Below are positions 17,981 through 30,960 of a DNA stretch of 64,000 nt, piece by piece. Made by a program: the position numbers and the translations under genes. This DNA is from Escherichia coli (GTDB lineage Bacteria; Pseudomonadota; Gammaproteobacteria; Enterobacterales; Enterobacteriaceae): the NCBI RefSeq assembly GCF_050920415.1, contig NZ_CP169309.1. One strand, 5' to 3'. Below the pieces are notes generated by a model, which was not told the DNA's origin, did no database searches, and saw only the letters and a program-made list of their open reading frames with translations. Each line of letters begins with the position of its first letter. Within the stretch, counting starts at the first letter, position 1.

Positions 17981-19033
17981 TCAGGGAAGATAAACTTCAC
18001 CGGAAAATATTTTTCTGGTTGTCCGAATAACAGATGCGCGTAACGTCGTGGCATCCTGACCTTCATTACTTAAATGAACGTCGAGTGCACCACTGGGGTG
18101 TTCAATATTGATATTGCCGTATCCTACAGAAGGGACGATTTGTCGGGTGACGGTGCCTTCCAATGCACAACTACTGGAAATAGCAATAGCACCGGTTATC
18201 GCCAGCGCGCGATGGCAAGAATGCGGCATAAAATAACGCACATTAATTGCCCCGCCTTTCTGCGCAGGAGAAATAAGCACAGGTTTAGGGATAACCATAT
18301 TACTGACATCGCCTAAGCCCATTGCTTTACCCGCTTGTAGGCGGATAGATTCAATGCGGGCTAATAATGTTTTGTCGGCATCCAGTTCCGCCGGTAATTC
18401 ATAGCCTGTTTTACCCAAATAATCAGCCGGAATAATGACGACTGGCATCGCCATATCGATACAAGTCACTGGAACATCGTCAAAATAATCAATCTGATTA
18501 TCAGTCGGGAAGACTTTTCCGGTTTTGGTTCCAGCGGCATTCAGGAAAGTGAGCGCAACCGGTGCGGCAGTACCCGGTACGCCGTCAATTCTGGCGCTAC
18601 CCTCGTACTCGACAACACCATTTGGCGTTTGCACATCAGCTTCGATGAACGTACCCGTATTGACGTTGCGGATACATACGCGGGTAACTGGCGAAGTCGC
18701 TGCAATCAAACCATTTTCAATGGCGAATGCCCCAACGCCAGACAGCATATTGCCGCAGTTAGGCGTGGTATCGACACGTTGCTCATGGACGATAACCTGA
18801 GCAAACAGATAATCGACGTCAGCACGCGGATCGCTGGAACGGCTAATTATGGCGACTTTACTGGTCAGTGGATTACCGCCGCCAATACCGTCAATTTCCA
18901 GATCGTTACCGGAACCCATAATTGCCATCAATATTTTATCGCGCTGCGTTTGATCTTCGGGTAGATGTTCCGCTAACAGGAACGCGCCCCTCGAGGTTCC
19001 ACCTCGCATCATCACGCAGGGTATTTTTTTCAT
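17981..19033 (-). CDS. ybhH: PrpF-like isomerase YbhH (350 aa)
   Basis: Matches YbhH; conserved order. Confidence 0.85.
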   Translation of the reverse strand: MKKIPCVMMRGGTSRGAFLLAEHLPEDQTQRDKILMAIMGSGNDLEIDGIGGGNPLTSKVAIISRSSDPRADVDYLFAQVIVHEQRVDTTPNCGNMLSGVGAFAIENGLIAATSPVTRVCIRNVNTGTFIEADVQTPNGVVEYEGSARIDGVPGTAAPVALTFLNAAGTKTGKVFPTDNQIDYFDDVPVTCIDMAMPVVIIPADYLGKTGYELPAELDADKTLLARIESIRLQAGKAMGLGDVSNMVIPKPVLISPAQKGGAINVRYFMPHSCHRALAITGAIAISSSCALEGTVTRQIVPSVGYGNINIEHPSGALDVHLSNEGQDATTLRASVIRTTRKIFSGEVYLP

Positions 19034-19216
19034 AATAATGCCCTCAATTTAAAAACATAACTTATTGCGATATGGTTACATTAAGGGCAAAGCATCTCTA
19101 ATGACTTTAGCTCAACGATTAATAACATTTTTTCATTAATTTAAGTTGGCTAAATGCAGTTAAAATTTTTAACTGCCTGTCATCCAAAATCGTCGCATCC
19201 ATTTTTCGGAGTAATA

Positions 19217-20170
19217 ATGAAGCATGAATTATCAAGTATGAAGGCATTTGTCATACTGGCAGAGTCCAGTTCATTTAACAATGCTGCTAAATTACTCAAT
19301 ATTACGCAACCTGCATTAACGCGAAGAATAAAAAAGATGGAAGAGGATTTACATATTCAACTATTTGAGCGTACAACTCGCAAGGTTACGTTAACAAAAG
19401 CAGGAAAAAGGTTGCTCCCGGAGGCGCGGGAATTAATAAAGAAATTCGATGAAACGCTTTTTAATATTCGTGATATGAATGCTTATCATCGTGGTATGGT
19501 GACGTTAGCGTGTATTCCGACCGCAGTATTTTATTTTTTACCACTGGCAATCGGTAAATTTAATGAGCTGTATCCCAATATTAAAGTGCGGATTCTGGAA
19601 CAAGGCACGAATAATTGCATGGAATCGGTGCTGTGTAACGAATCAGACTTTGGCATAAACATGAACAACGTCACAAATTCATCCATTGATTTTACCCCAC
19701 TGGTCAACGAGCCGTTTGTGCTGGCCTGTCGGCGTGACCACCCATTAGCCAAAAAGCAGCTTGTAGAATGGCAGGAGTTAGTGGGTTACAAAATGATTGG
19801 CGTACGCTCCTCCAGCGGCAACCGACTTTTGATAGAACAACAGCTGGCCGACAAGCCCTGGAAGCTGGACTGGTTTTACGAAGTGCGTCATCTTTCGACG
19901 TCATTAGGACTGGTGGAGGCGGGACTGGGGATTTCGGCGCTTCCTGGTCTGGCAATGCCCCATGCACCCTATTCTTCGATTATTGGTATCCCGCTGGTGG
20001 AACCGGTTATACGTCGGACATTGGGGATTATTCGCCGCAAAGATGCCGTGCTTTCTCCGGCTGCAGAACGCTTTTTTGCCTTGCTGATTAATTTATGGAC
20101 CGACGATAAAGACAACTTGTGGACCAATATCGTCGAACGCCAGAGACATGCGTTACAGGAAATAGGTTAA
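19217..20170 (+). CDS. ybhD: LysR-family transcriptional regulator YbhD (317 aa from MKHELSS)
   Basis: LysR HTH (LLNITQPALTRRIKKMEEDL); track start 19154 is an upstream extension. Confidence 0.85.
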   Translation: MKHELSSMKAFVILAESSSFNNAAKLLNITQPALTRRIKKMEEDLHIQLFERTTRKVTLTKAGKRLLPEARELIKKFDETLFNIRDMNAYHRGMVTLACIPTAVFYFLPLAIGKFNELYPNIKVRILEQGTNNCMESVLCNESDFGINMNNVTNSSIDFTPLVNEPFVLACRRDHPLAKKQLVEWQELVGYKMIGVRSSSGNRLLIEQQLADKPWKLDWFYEVRHLSTSLGLVEAGLGISALPGLAMPHAPYSSIIGIPLVEPVIRRTLGIIRRKDAVLSPAAERFFALLINLWTDDKDNLWTNIVERQRHALQEIG

Positions 20171-20210
20171 TACACCGGCGCAGGAGAGACTGCGCCGGGT
20201 GAATCAGCGG

Positions 20211-21242
<1,032 letters not shown>

Positions 21243-21360
21243 CTAAAATTAGTCGCTTTTGGCGGTGAATGCTGAATTAAAACGCAGAATTTTGTCCGAT
21301 AGTGGTATCGGTGTACCATTCGCGCAGACGAAAATTCTTAACCTTAATCTGGAATACGCC

Positions 21361-22179
21361 ATGACCACACGCGTGATTGCACTCGACTTAGACGGCACCT
21401 TATTGACCCCGAAAAAAACCTTGCTTCCTTCATCGATAGAAGCCCTGGCCCGCGCTCGCGAAGCAGGCTATCAATTAATCATCGTCACGGGCCGCCATCA
21501 TGTCGCTATTCATCCTTTTTATCAGGCGCTGGCGCTGGATACACCTGCTATTTGCTGTAATGGCACCTATTTGTATGATTATCATGCAAAAACAGTGCTT
21601 GAAGCCGATCCAATGCCCGTTAATAAAGCCCTGCAACTCATTGAGATGCTGAATGAACACCACATTCACGGTCTGATGTATGTGGATGATGCAATGGTCT
21701 ATGAGCACCCGACCGGGCATGTCATTCGCACGTCTAACTGGGCGCAAACCCTGCCGCCGGAACAGCGTCCGACCTTTACCCAGGTTGCTTCACTGGCCGA
21801 GACAGCGCAGGAAGTTAACGCAGTATGGAAGTTCGCCCTGACACACGATGACCTGCCGCAATTGCAGCATTTTGGTAAGCATGTTGAACATGAATTGGGA
21901 CTGGAGTGTGAATGGTCCTGGCACGATCAGGTTGATATTGCCCGCGGTGGTAACAGCAAAGGTAAACGCCTGACGAAATGGGTTGAGGCGCAAGGCTGGT
22001 CGATGGAAAACGTCGTCGCATTCGGCGATAATTTTAATGATATCAGTATGCTGGAAGCCGCTGGTACAGGCGTGGCGATGGGCAACGCTGATGACGCAGT
22101 AAAAGCGCGTGCCAACATTGTGATTGGTGATAACACCACCGACAGCATTGCCCGGTTCATTTATAACCACCTGATTTAA
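21361..22179 (+). CDS. ybhA: HAD-family pyridoxal phosphate phosphatase YbhA (272 aa from MTTRVIALDLDGT)
   Basis: HAD motif DLDGTLL; track start 21259 is an extension. Confidence 0.9.
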   Translation: MTTRVIALDLDGTLLTPKKTLLPSSIEALARAREAGYQLIIVTGRHHVAIHPFYQALALDTPAICCNGTYLYDYHAKTVLEADPMPVNKALQLIEMLNEHHIHGLMYVDDAMVYEHPTGHVIRTSNWAQTLPPEQRPTFTQVASLAETAQEVNAVWKFALTHDDLPQLQHFGKHVEHELGLECEWSWHDQVDIARGGNSKGKRLTKWVEAQGWSMENVVAFGDNFNDISMLEAAGTGVAMGNADDAVKARANIVIGDNTTDSIARFIYNHLI

Positions 22180-23238
22180 TCAGGCGGTTATCGAGACACT
22201 TTTAATTTGCGCGTATAGCCATAGGCCAGGTTTGATCGCCAGTTCATCCCTGGCCCACGGGCTTATTCGCGCCCACAGCGTTTTACCGCCGACTTCCAAT
22301 TCCACTTCCACCTGACCGTTGTCGTCATAGCTATTGACGACTTTGGCGCGCAATACGTTACGAATGCTGGTTTGTTGCGGCGGTTGTAAAACCAGAGAAA
22401 CATCGGAAGCCTGGATGCGGATGCGTAGCGCGGCTTGCAGCGGTTCATCCAGCTTATTAACCCACAAATGCTGATCGCCCAGCGCCAGCGCGGTCATCGC
22501 GTAACGCGGATGATGTTCCAGTACCGTTACTTTCAGAATGCTGCTTTGTTGCTCTTTCGGCAACCATGGATTCATTACGCTACTGCCCCAGACTTCTTCC
22601 AGCGCACCGAACGCTTTCACCTGGCCGTTTTCCAGTACCATCACTCGGTCTGCCAGATGGAGGATCTCATCCAGCGAATGGCTGACATAGAGCATCGGAA
22701 TGTTGATTTCCCGCGTCAACCGTTGCAGATAAGGCAATAGCTCGCGTTTTCGCGGAAGATCCAGCGAGGCCAGTGGTTCATCCAGCAATAATAATTCCGG
22801 TGCCGTCAGCAATGCCCGGCCAATTGCCACACGCTGTTTTTCGCCTCCGGACAGGCTGCCCGGTAAACGCTCAAGCAACGGATCAATGCCTAAAAGCGCC
22901 ACCAGCTTATCGAACTGATCGACCATGCTTTTCGCCATGCCGTAGCGCAGATTTCCACGTACTTTGTAATGCGGAAACAGCCGCGCATCCTGAAACACAT
23001 AACCAACGCGACGCTTTTCTGGCGAAAGGCAGATCCCTTTTTCGGCGTCATTTAGTACCCGACCATTGAGGACAATCCGCCCTTTTTGCGGACGTGTCAG
23101 CCCACTGATGGCATTAATCAGCGAGGTTTTTCCAGCTCCGGAGACACCAAAGATAGCGGTGATACCATTGGCGGGCAGCGTTTCATTAATGGCCAGGCAA
23201 TGATTGCCCAACGTCTGGGAAAAATTCAGTTCCAGCAT
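22180..23238 (-). CDS. modC: Molybdate ABC transporter ATP-binding protein (352 aa)
   Basis: Walker [14 protein letters not shown] signature LSGGEKQR. Confidence 0.95.
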   Translation of the reverse strand: MLELNFSQTLGNHCLAINETLPANGITAIFGVSGAGKTSLINAISGLTRPQKGRIVLNGRVLNDAEKGICLSPEKRRVGYVFQDARLFPHYKVRGNLRYGMAKSMVDQFDKLVALLGIDPLLERLPGSLSGGEKQRVAIGRALLTAPELLLLDEPLASLDLPRKRELLPYLQRLTREINIPMLYVSHSLDEILHLADRVMVLENGQVKAFGALEEVWGSSVMNPWLPKEQQSSILKVTVLEHHPRYAMTALALGDQHLWVNKLDEPLQAALRIRIQASDVSLVLQPPQQTSIRNVLRAKVVNSYDDNGQVEVELEVGGKTLWARISPWARDELAIKPGLWLYAQIKSVSITA

Positions 23239-23240
23239 GA

Positions 23241-23930
23241 TTAGCGCCCCGCCCGTTCACGGCTGATTCTGGCCAGCCATTCAGAAATCAACAGGGAGAT
23301 CATCGCCAGCGCAATAGAGATAATGCACAGTCTCGCCGCACCACTTTCCCCGCCGGGGGTCTGGATCAGGGTATACATGGCTGAAGGAATGGTTCGCGTT
23401 TCGCCAGGAATGTTAGAAACAAAGGTGATCGTTGCCCCAAACTCACCAAGCGAACGAGCGAATGCCAGTACCGTACCGACGATAATTCCCGGTAAGGTCA
23501 GCGGTAACGTGATAGTAAAGAACACGCGCCAGCGCCCTGCCCCCAATGTTCTTGCGGCCTGTTCCAGTTTGACATCAACCCCTTCCAGCGCCAGACGAAT
23601 TGCCCGCACCATCAACGGAAACGACATCACGGCGGCAGCGAGAACCGCGCCACGCCAGCTAAAGGCGAAGGTAATGCCAAACCAGTCATACAGACGTTCA
23701 CCGATAAATCCGCGCCGTCCCATCGAAACTAATAACAAGTAACCGACGACCACGGGCGGTAACACCAGCGGTAGATGCAGTACGCTGTCGAGCAGAGCTT
23801 TGCCCGGAAATGTGCAACGCACCAGTAACCAGGCAAAAAAGATCCCAAACGGCAGGCTAAACAGCACAGCCAGGGAAGAAACTTTCAGGCTTAATAAAAC
23901 CGCCTGCCATTCTGGATCGGTCAGTATCAT
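23241..23930 (-). CDS. modB: Molybdate ABC transporter permease (229 aa)
   Basis: Matches ModB; operon context. Confidence 0.95.
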   Translation of the reverse strand: MILTDPEWQAVLLSLKVSSLAVLFSLPFGIFFAWLLVRCTFPGKALLDSVLHLPLVLPPVVVGYLLLVSMGRRGFIGERLYDWFGITFAFSWRGAVLAAAVMSFPLMVRAIRLALEGVDVKLEQAARTLGAGRWRVFFTITLPLTLPGIIVGTVLAFARSLGEFGATITFVSNIPGETRTIPSAMYTLIQTPGGESGAARLCIISIALAMISLLISEWLARISRERAGR

Positions 23931-24703
23931 TACTTGGTTGTAAATCCGTAGCGTTTAAAAATTTCCGCAGCCTGCGGTCCCTTCAGATAATCATAAAATG
24001 CTTTTACTGTCGCATTGTTATGTCCTTCCACAACAGCAACCGGATATTCCACTTTTTTATGTGAATCTTCCGGGAAGGTGGCAACCACTTTTACCCCTTT
24101 GCTGGCAACTGCGTCAGAACCGTAAACAATACCCAGCGGCGCTTCATTGCGTTCGACCAACGCCAGCGCGCCACGAACATCTTCCGCCGGAGCCAGTTTC
24201 GGGGAGAGCGTATCCCATGCGCCCAGTTTTTGCAGTGCTTCTTTTGCATAAATGCCAGCGGGAACATGTTCCGGATCACCAACCGCCAGGCGACCGCCAT
24301 TCAGCAGCGAAGTCCAGTTGGTTTTGCTGTCAATGGAGAAATCTTTCTGCTCGCTGGCTTTCGGTGCTACAACAACCAGGCTATTACCGAGTAGAGTCTG
24401 ACGCGAGGCCGTATCGATCGCTTTTTTATCAACCGCATAATCCATCCATTTCTGATCGGCAGAAATAAACAGATCCGCAGGCGCACCCGCTTCAATCTGA
24501 CGGGCCAGGGTAGAAGACGAGGCGAAAGAAGAGACGACATCTACGCCTTTCTCTTTTTTATACTGCGTAGCGATGTCCTGCATTGCGTTAGTCAGTGATG
24601 CGGCGGCGAATACCGTGATTTTCCCTTCATCTGCCAGTACATTGCCAGCAGCAGCGAAAGAGAGTGCCGCCCCGGCAAACAAGTTCAACCATTTACGAGC
24701 CAT
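23930..24703 (-). CDS. modA: Molybdate-binding periplasmic protein (257 aa)
   Basis: Signal peptide plus ModA sequence. Confidence 0.95.
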   Translation of the reverse strand: MARKWLNLFAGAALSFAAAGNVLADEGKITVFAAASLTNAMQDIATQYKKEKGVDVVSSFASSSTLARQIEAGAPADLFISADQKWMDYAVDKKAIDTASRQTLLGNSLVVVAPKASEQKDFSIDSKTNWTSLLNGGRLAVGDPEHVPAGIYAKEALQKLGAWDTLSPKLAPAEDVRGALALVERNEAPLGIVYGSDAVASKGVKVVATFPEDSHKKVEYPVAVVEGHNNATVKAFYDYLKGPQAAEIFKRYGFTTK

Positions 24704-24722
24704 TGGTAACCCCTTAATGCAA

Positions 24723-24746
24723 CGTTATGTAGGCGATAATATAACG
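24723..24746. promoter_or_regulatory. ModE operator at the modA promoter
   Basis: Palindrome CGTTATGTAGGCGATAATATAACG upstream of modA. Confidence 0.75.
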
Positions 24747-24868
24747 GCTAGCTCAGAATTTTCCCAGCAGTTATTGCTAACCTTTGTGAGGTAGATGAGA
24801 AAAATATCGGCAGGAAAAGCAGGAAGTTGAGAACAAGAAAATGCCCGACTAAGCGGGCATTCAGGGAA

Positions 24869-25036
<168 letters not shown>

Positions 25037-25146
25037 TCATGAGACTATTCTAACCGCTAAGCACAGAAAAGCACTCCCCTTTTGTGCGGTCAGCTTTGCG
25101 TGGCGTTCGTTTTCCGTCACAATAAGACTTTTGCCAGGACATTGTT

Positions 25147-25935
25147 ATGCAGGCCGAAATCCTTCTCACCCTTAAGCTCCAACAAAAATTATTCGCCGAC
25201 CCGCGCCGCATTTCGTTACTAAAACACATTGCGCTTTCCGGTTCCATTAGCCAGGGAGCGAAAGATGCCGGTATCAGCTATAAAAGCGCCTGGGATGCCA
25301 TTAACGAGATGAATCAGTTAAGTGAGCATATTCTGGTTGAGCGCGCAACAGGCGGTAAAGGTGGCGGCGGCGCAGTACTGACCCGCTATGGTCAGCGACT
25401 GATTCAGCTCTATGATTTACTGGCGCAAATCCAGCAAAAAGCCTTTGATGTGTTAAGTGACGATGACGCCTTGCCGCTGAACAGCCTGCTGGCCGCGATC
25501 TCACGTTTTTCACTGCAGACCAGTGCCCGTAACCAGTGGTTTGGCACCATCACCGCCCGCGATCATGATGACATTCAACAACATGTTGATGTCTTACTGG
25601 CCGATGGCAAAACACGCCTTAAAGTCGCGATTACCGCACAAAGTGGCGCACGTCTGGGACTGGATGAAGGCAAAGAAGTGTTGATTCTGCTGAAAGCGCC
25701 GTGGGTGAACATTACTCAGGATGACACTGTCGCCCAGGGTGCCGACAACCAATTGCCGGGCATTATTCGTCATATAGAGCGCGGTGCAGAACAGTGCGAA
25801 GTATTAATGGCGTTACCTGACGGGCAAACTCTGTGCGCCACGGTGCCGATAAATGAAGCAGCTTCTCTTGAACAAGGGCAGAATGCCACGGCTTACTTTA
25901 ACGCCGACAGCGTGATTATCGCTACGCTTTGCTAA
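25147..25935 (+). CDS. modE: Molybdate-responsive transcriptional regulator (262 aa)
   Basis: Matches ModE (MQAEILLTLKLQQKLFADPRRISLLKHIALSGSISQGAKDAGISYKSAW...). Confidence 0.95.
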   Translation: MQAEILLTLKLQQKLFADPRRISLLKHIALSGSISQGAKDAGISYKSAWDAINEMNQLSEHILVERATGGKGGGGAVLTRYGQRLIQLYDLLAQIQQKAFDVLSDDDALPLNSLLAAISRFSLQTSARNQWFGTITARDHDDIQQHVDVLLADGKTRLKVAITAQSGARLGLDEGKEVLILLKAPWVNITQDDTVAQGADNQLPGIIRHIERGAEQCEVLMALPDGQTLCATVPINEAASLEQGQNATAYFNADSVIIATLC

Positions 25936-26002
25936 GCGTGTTGACAATTTGTTATGAAACACGTATCCCTGTCAGTAATCGCTGCAAAAAATGGGATATA
26001 AA

Positions 26003-27475
26003 ATGTCATCGTTGCAAATTTTGCAAGGCACGTTTCGTCTTAGCGACACAAAAACGCTGCAATTGTCTCAGCTAACGTTAAACGCGGGTGATAGTTGGGC
26101 GTTTGTCGGTTCGAATGGAAGCGGGAAGTCGGCGCTGGCCCGCGCGCTGGCGGGGGAACTTCCGTTTTTGAAAGGTGAACGACAAAGTCAGTTTTCCCAC
26201 ATCACTCGTCTCTCCTTCGAGCAATTGCAAAAGCTCGTCAGCGACGAATGGCAACGGAATAACACCGATATGCTCGGCCCTGGCGAAGATGACACCGGAC
26301 GCACTACGGCTGAAATCATTCAGGATGAAATTAAGGATGCACAGCGTTGTGCGCAGTTGGCGCAGCAGTTCGGCATTACCGCCCTTCTCGACCGACGCTT
26401 TAAATACCTTTCCACTGGCGAGACGCGAAAAACCCTGCTGTGTCAGGCGCTGATGTCGGAGCCAGACTTGTTGATTCTTGATGAGCCGTTCGATGGCCTG
26501 GATGTTGCCTCACGTCAGCAGCTGGCTGAGCTGCTCGCCTCGTTACATCAGTCCGGTATTACCCTGGTACTGGTGCTCAATCGCTTCGATGAGATCCCGG
26601 AATTTGTCCAGTTTGCTGGCGTGCTGGCGGATTGCACGTTAGCGGAAACTGGCGCTAAAGAGGAACTGCTCCAACAAGCACTCGTCGCGCAACTGGCGCA
26701 TAGCGAACAGCTTGAAGGTGTGCAACTGCCGGAGCCAGATGAACCTTCAGCACGTCACGCCTTACCCGCCAACGAACCGCGCATTGTGCTGAAAAATGGC
26801 GTGGTTTCTTATAACGATCGCCCCATTCTTAATAACCTTAGCTGGCAGGTGAATCCAGGCGAGCACTGGCAAATTGTCGGGCCAAATGGCGCGGGAAAAT
26901 CGACGCTATTAAGCCTGATTACAGGCGATCATCCGCAAGGTTACAGCAACGATTTGACGCTTTTTGGACGACGTCGCGGCAGCGGCGAAACCATCTGGGA
27001 CATCAAAAAGCATATCGGTTACGTCAGCAGTAGTTTGCATCTGGATTACCGGGTCAGCACTACCGTGCGTAATGTGATCCTTTCTGGCTATTTTGATTCG
27101 ATTGGCATTTATCAGGCCGTTTCAGATCGCCAGCAAAAACTGGTGCAGCAGTGGCTGGATATTCTCGGCATTGATAAACGCACGGCTGACGCTCCTTTCC
27201 ATAGTCTTTCCTGGGGACAGCAGCGTCTGGCGCTGATCGTTCGCGCACTGGTGAAGCATCCGACTTTGCTTATTCTTGATGAACCTTTACAGGGCCTTGA
27301 TCCACTCAATCGCCAGCTTATCCGCCGTTTTGTTGATGTGCTGATTAGCGAAGGTGAAACGCAATTATTGTTTGTTTCACACCACGCCGAAGATGCGCCC
27401 GCCTGTATTTCCCATCGTCTTGAGTTCGTGCCGGACGGTGACCTCTATCGTTATGCGCTGACAAAAATAAACTGA
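26003..27475 (+). CDS. modF: ABC-family ATPase ModF (490 aa from MSSLQILQ)
   Basis: Two ABC ATPase domains (GSNGSGKS, GPNGAGKST). Confidence 0.9.
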   Translation: MSSLQILQGTFRLSDTKTLQLSQLTLNAGDSWAFVGSNGSGKSALARALAGELPFLKGERQSQFSHITRLSFEQLQKLVSDEWQRNNTDMLGPGEDDTGRTTAEIIQDEIKDAQRCAQLAQQFGITALLDRRFKYLSTGETRKTLLCQALMSEPDLLILDEPFDGLDVASRQQLAELLASLHQSGITLVLVLNRFDEIPEFVQFAGVLADCTLAETGAKEELLQQALVAQLAHSEQLEGVQLPEPDEPSARHALPANEPRIVLKNGVVSYNDRPILNNLSWQVNPGEHWQIVGPNGAGKSTLLSLITGDHPQGYSNDLTLFGRRRGSGETIWDIKKHIGYVSSSLHLDYRVSTTVRNVILSGYFDSIGIYQAVSDRQQKLVQQWLDILGIDKRTADAPFHSLSWGQQRLALIVRALVKHPTLLILDEPLQGLDPLNRQLIRRFVDVLISEGETQLLFVSHHAEDAPACISHRLEFVPDGDLYRYALTKIN

Positions 27476-27642
27476 GTCGGTAATGCTGACTGTACCGGAG
27501 GCGGCCTTAGCGCCCTCTCCGGCCTAAAGTTCGACGCATCCAGGCATGAAACCGCGACTTTTTTCAGATAAAAAGCGCAATCATTCATAAACCCTCTGTT
27601 TTATAATCACTTAATCGTGCATAAAGAACGGCTAAATTCTTG

Positions 27643-27724
27643 TGTAAACGATTCCACTAATTTATTCCATGTCACACTTTTCGCATCTTTGTTATGCTAT
27701 GGTTATTTCATACCATAAGCCTAA
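27643..27724 (+). promoter_or_regulatory. gal operon control region: GalR operator OE (27643-27658), CRP site (TGTCACACTTTTCGCATC), P1/P2 -10 region (TATGCTATGGTTATTTCATACCAT)
   Basis: Classic gal promoter sequence read directly. Confidence 0.85.
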
Positions 27725-27735
27725 TGGAGCGAATT

Positions 27736-28752
27736 ATGAGAGTTCTGGTTACCGGTGGTAGCGGTTACATTGGAAGTCATACCTGTGTGCAATTACTGCA
27801 AAACGGTCATGATGTCATCATTCTTGATAACCTCTGTAACAGTAAGCGCAGCGTACTGCCTGTTATCGAGCGTTTAGGCGGCAAACATCCAACGTTTGTT
27901 GAAGGTGATATCCGTAACGAAGCGTTGATGACCGAGATCCTGCACGATCACGCTATCGACACCGTGATCCACTTCGCCGGGCTGAAAGCCGTTGGCGAAT
28001 CGGTACAAAAACCGCTGGAATATTACGACAACAATGTCAACGGCACCCTGCGCCTGATTAGCGCCATGCGCGCCGCTAACGTCAAAAACTTTATCTTCAG
28101 CTCCTCCGCCACCGTTTATGGCGATCAGCCCAAAATTCCATACGTTGAAAGCTTCCCGACCGGCACGCCACAAAGTCCTTACGGCAAAAGCAAGCTGATG
28201 GTGGAACAGATCCTCACCGATCTGCAAAAAGCCCAGCCGGACTGGAGCATTGCCCTGCTGCGCTACTTCAACCCAGTTGGCGCGCATCCGTCGGGCGATA
28301 TGGGCGAAGATCCGCAAGGTATTCCGAATAACCTGATGCCATACATCGCCCAGGTTGCCGTAGGCCGTCGCGACTCGCTGGCTATTTTTGGTAACGATTA
28401 TCCGACCGAAGACGGTACTGGCGTACGCGATTACATCCACGTAATGGACCTGGCAGACGGCCACGTCGTGGCAATGGAAAAACTGGCGAACAAGCCAGGC
28501 GTACACATCTACAACCTCGGCGCAGGCGTAGGCAGCAGCGTGCTGGATGTGGTTAATGCCTTCAGTAAAGCTTGCGGCAAACCGGTTAATTATCATTTTG
28601 CACCGCGTCGCGAGGGCGACCTTCCGGCCTACTGGGCTGACGCCAGCAAAGCCGACCGTGAACTGAACTGGCGCGTAACGCGCACACTCGATGAAATGGC
28701 ACAGGACACCTGGCACTGGCAGTCACGCCATCCACAGGGATATCCCGATTAA
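27736..28752 (+). CDS. galE: UDP-glucose 4-epimerase (338 aa)
   Basis: MRVLVTGGSGYIGSH... Rossmann NAD motif. Confidence 0.95.
   Translation: MRVLVTGGSGYIGSHTCVQLLQNGHDVIILDNLCNSKRSVLPVIERLGGKHPTFVEGDIRNEALMTEILHDHAIDTVIHFAGLKAVGESVQKPLEYYDNNVNGTLRLISAMRAANVKNFIFSSSATVYGDQPKIPYVESFPTGTPQSPYGKSKLMVEQILTDLQKAQPDWSIALLRYFNPVGAHPSGDMGEDPQGIPNNLMPYIAQVAVGRRDSLAIFGNDYPTEDGTGVRDYIHVMDLADGHVVAMEKLANKPGVHIYNLGAGVGSSVLDVVNAFSKACGKPVNYHFAPRREGDLPAYWADASKADRELNWRVTRTLDEMAQDTWHWQSRHPQGYPD
27765..27780 (+). promoter_or_regulatory. GalR internal operator OI within the galE 5-prime end
   Basis: GTGGTAGCGGTTACAT. Confidence 0.8.
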
Positions 28753-28761
28753 GGAACGACC

Positions 28762-29808
28762 ATGACGCAATTTAATCCCGTTGATCATCCACATCGCCGC
28801 TACAACCCGCTCACCGGGCAATGGATTCTGGTTTCACCGCACCGCGCCAAGCGCCCCTGGCAGGGGGCGCAGGAAACGCCAGCCAAACAGGTGTTACCTG
28901 CGCACGATCCAGATTGCTTCCTCTGCGCAGGTAATGTGCGGGTGACAGGCGATAAAAACCCCGATTACACCGGGACTTACGTTTTCACTAATGACTTTGC
29001 GGCCTTGATGTCTGACACGCCAGATGCGCCAGAAAGCAACGATCCTTTGATGCGTTGTCAGAGCGCGCGCGGTACCAGCCGGGTGATCTGCTTTTCACCG
29101 GATCACAGTAAAACGCTGCCAGAACTGGGCGTTGCGGCATTGACGGAAATCGTCAAAACCTGGCAGGAGCAAACCGCAGAACTGGGGAAAACATACCCGT
29201 GGGTGCAGGTCTTTGAAAACAAAGGCGCGGCGATGGGCTGCTCTAACCCGCATCCGCACGGACAGATTTGGGCAAATAGCTTCCTGCCTAACGAAGCTGA
29301 GCGCGAAGACCGCCTGCAAAAAGAATATTTCGCCGGGCAGAAATCACCAATGCTGGTGGATTATGTTCAGCGCGAGCTGGCAGACGGTAGCCGTACCGTT
29401 GTCGAAACCGAACACTGGTTAGCCGTTGTGCCTTACTGGGCTGCCTGGCCGTTCGAAACGCTACTGCTGCCCAAAGCCCACGTTTTGCGAATCACCGATT
29501 TGACCGACGCCCAACGCAGCGATTTGGCGCTGGCGTTGAAAAAGCTGACCAGTCGTTATGACAACCTCTTCCAGTGCTCCTTCCCCTACTCTATGGGCTG
29601 GCACGGCGCACCGTTTAATGGCGAAGAGAATAAACACTGGCAGCTGCACGCGCACTTTTATCCGCCTCTGCTGCGCTCCGCCACCGTACGTAAATTTATG
29701 GTTGGTTATGAAATGCTGGCAGAGACCCAGCGAGACCTGACCGCAGAACAGGCAGCAGAGCGTTTACGCGCAGTCAGCGATATCCATTTTCGCGAATCCG
29801 GAGTGTAA
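28762..29808 (+). CDS. galT: Galactose-1-phosphate uridylyltransferase (348 aa)
   Basis: Matches GalT; HPH active-site motif (CSNPHPHGQ). Confidence 0.95.
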   Translation: MTQFNPVDHPHRRYNPLTGQWILVSPHRAKRPWQGAQETPAKQVLPAHDPDCFLCAGNVRVTGDKNPDYTGTYVFTNDFAALMSDTPDAPESNDPLMRCQSARGTSRVICFSPDHSKTLPELGVAALTEIVKTWQEQTAELGKTYPWVQVFENKGAAMGCSNPHPHGQIWANSFLPNEAEREDRLQKEYFAGQKSPMLVDYVQRELADGSRTVVETEHWLAVVPYWAAWPFETLLLPKAHVLRITDLTDAQRSDLALALKKLTSRYDNLFQCSFPYSMGWHGAPFNGEENKHWQLHAHFYPPLLRSATVRKFMVGYEMLAETQRDLTAEQAAERLRAVSDIHFRESGV

Positions 29809-29811
29809 GTA

Positions 29812-30960
29812 ATGAGTCTGAAAGAAAAAACACAATCTCTGTTTGCCAATGCATTTGGCTACCCTGCCACTCATACCATTCAGGCGCCTGGCCGCGTGAA
29901 TCTTATTGGCGAACACACCGACTACAACGACGGTTTCGTTCTGCCCTGCGCAATTGATTATCAAACCGTCATTAGTTGTGCGCCACGTGATGACCGTAAC
30001 GTTCGCGTGATGGCAGCCGATTATGAAAATCAGCTCGACGAGTTTTCCCTCGATGCGCCCATTGTCGCGCATGAAAACTATCAATGGGCTAACTACGTTC
30101 GTGGCGTGGTGAAACATCTGCAACTGCGTAACAACAGCTTCGGCGGCGTGGACATGGTGATCAGCGGCAATGTGCCGCAGGGGGCCGGGTTAAGTTCTTC
30201 CGCTTCACTGGAAGTCGCGGTCGGAACCGTATTGCAGCAGCTTTATCATCTGCCGCTGGACGGCGCACAAATCGCACTTAACGGCCAGGAAGCAGAAAAC
30301 CAGTTTGTTGGCTGTAACTGTGGGATCATGGATCAGCTGATTTCCGCGCTCGGCAAAAAAGATCATGCCTTGCTGATCGATTGCCGCTCACTGGGCACCA
30401 AAGCGGTTTCCATGCCGAAAGGTGTGGCTGTCGTCATCATCAACAGTAACTTCAAACGTACCCTGGTTGGCAGCGAATACAACACCCGTCGTGAACAGTG
30501 CGAAACCGGTGCGCGTTTCTTCCAGCAGCCAGCCCTGCGCGATGTCACCATTGAAGAGTTCAACGCTGTTGCGCATGAACTGGACCCGATCGTGGCGAAA
30601 CGCGTGCGTCATATCCTGACTGAAAACGCCCGTACCGTTGAAGCAGCCAGCGCACTGGAGCAAGGCGACCTGAAACGTATGGGCGAGTTGATGGCGGAGT
30701 CTCATGCTTCTATGCGAGATGATTTCGAAATCACCGTGCCGCAAATTGACACTCTGGTAGAAATCGTCAAAGCTGTGATTGGCGACAAAGGTGGCGTACG
30801 CATGACCGGCGGCGGATTTGGCGGCTGTATCGTCGCACTGATCCCGGAAGAGCTGGTGCCTGCCGTACAGCAAGCTGTCGCTGAACAATATGAAGCAAAA
30901 ACAGGTATTAAAGAGACTTTTTACGTTTGTAAACCATCACAAGGAGCAGGACAGTGCTGA
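29812..30960 (+). CDS. galK: Galactokinase (382 aa)
   Basis: GHMP kinase motifs ([14 protein letters not shown]). Confidence 0.95.
   Translation: MSLKEKTQSLFANAFGYPATHTIQAPGRVNLIGEHTDYNDGFVLPCAIDYQTVISCAPRDDRNVRVMAADYENQLDEFSLDAPIVAHENYQWANYVRGVVKHLQLRNNSFGGVDMVISGNVPQGAGLSSSASLEVAVGTVLQQLYHLPLDGAQIALNGQEAENQFVGCNCGIMDQLISALGKKDHALLIDCRSLGTKAVSMPKGVAVVIINSNFKRTLVGSEYNTRREQCETGARFFQQPALRDVTIEEFNAVAHELDPIVAKRVRHILTENARTVEAASALEQGDLKRMGELMAESHASMRDDFEITVPQIDTLVEIVKAVIGDKGGVRMTGGGFGGCIVALIPEELVPAVQQAVAEQYEAKTGIKETFYVCKPSQGAGQC

Noticed and set aside
27480-27560. GC-rich palindrome after modF (CCGGAGGCGGCC...CTCTCCGG) considered as a REP element or sRNA
   Set aside because: A single hairpin consistent with a modF terminator or degenerate REP; there is not enough to call a separate feature.
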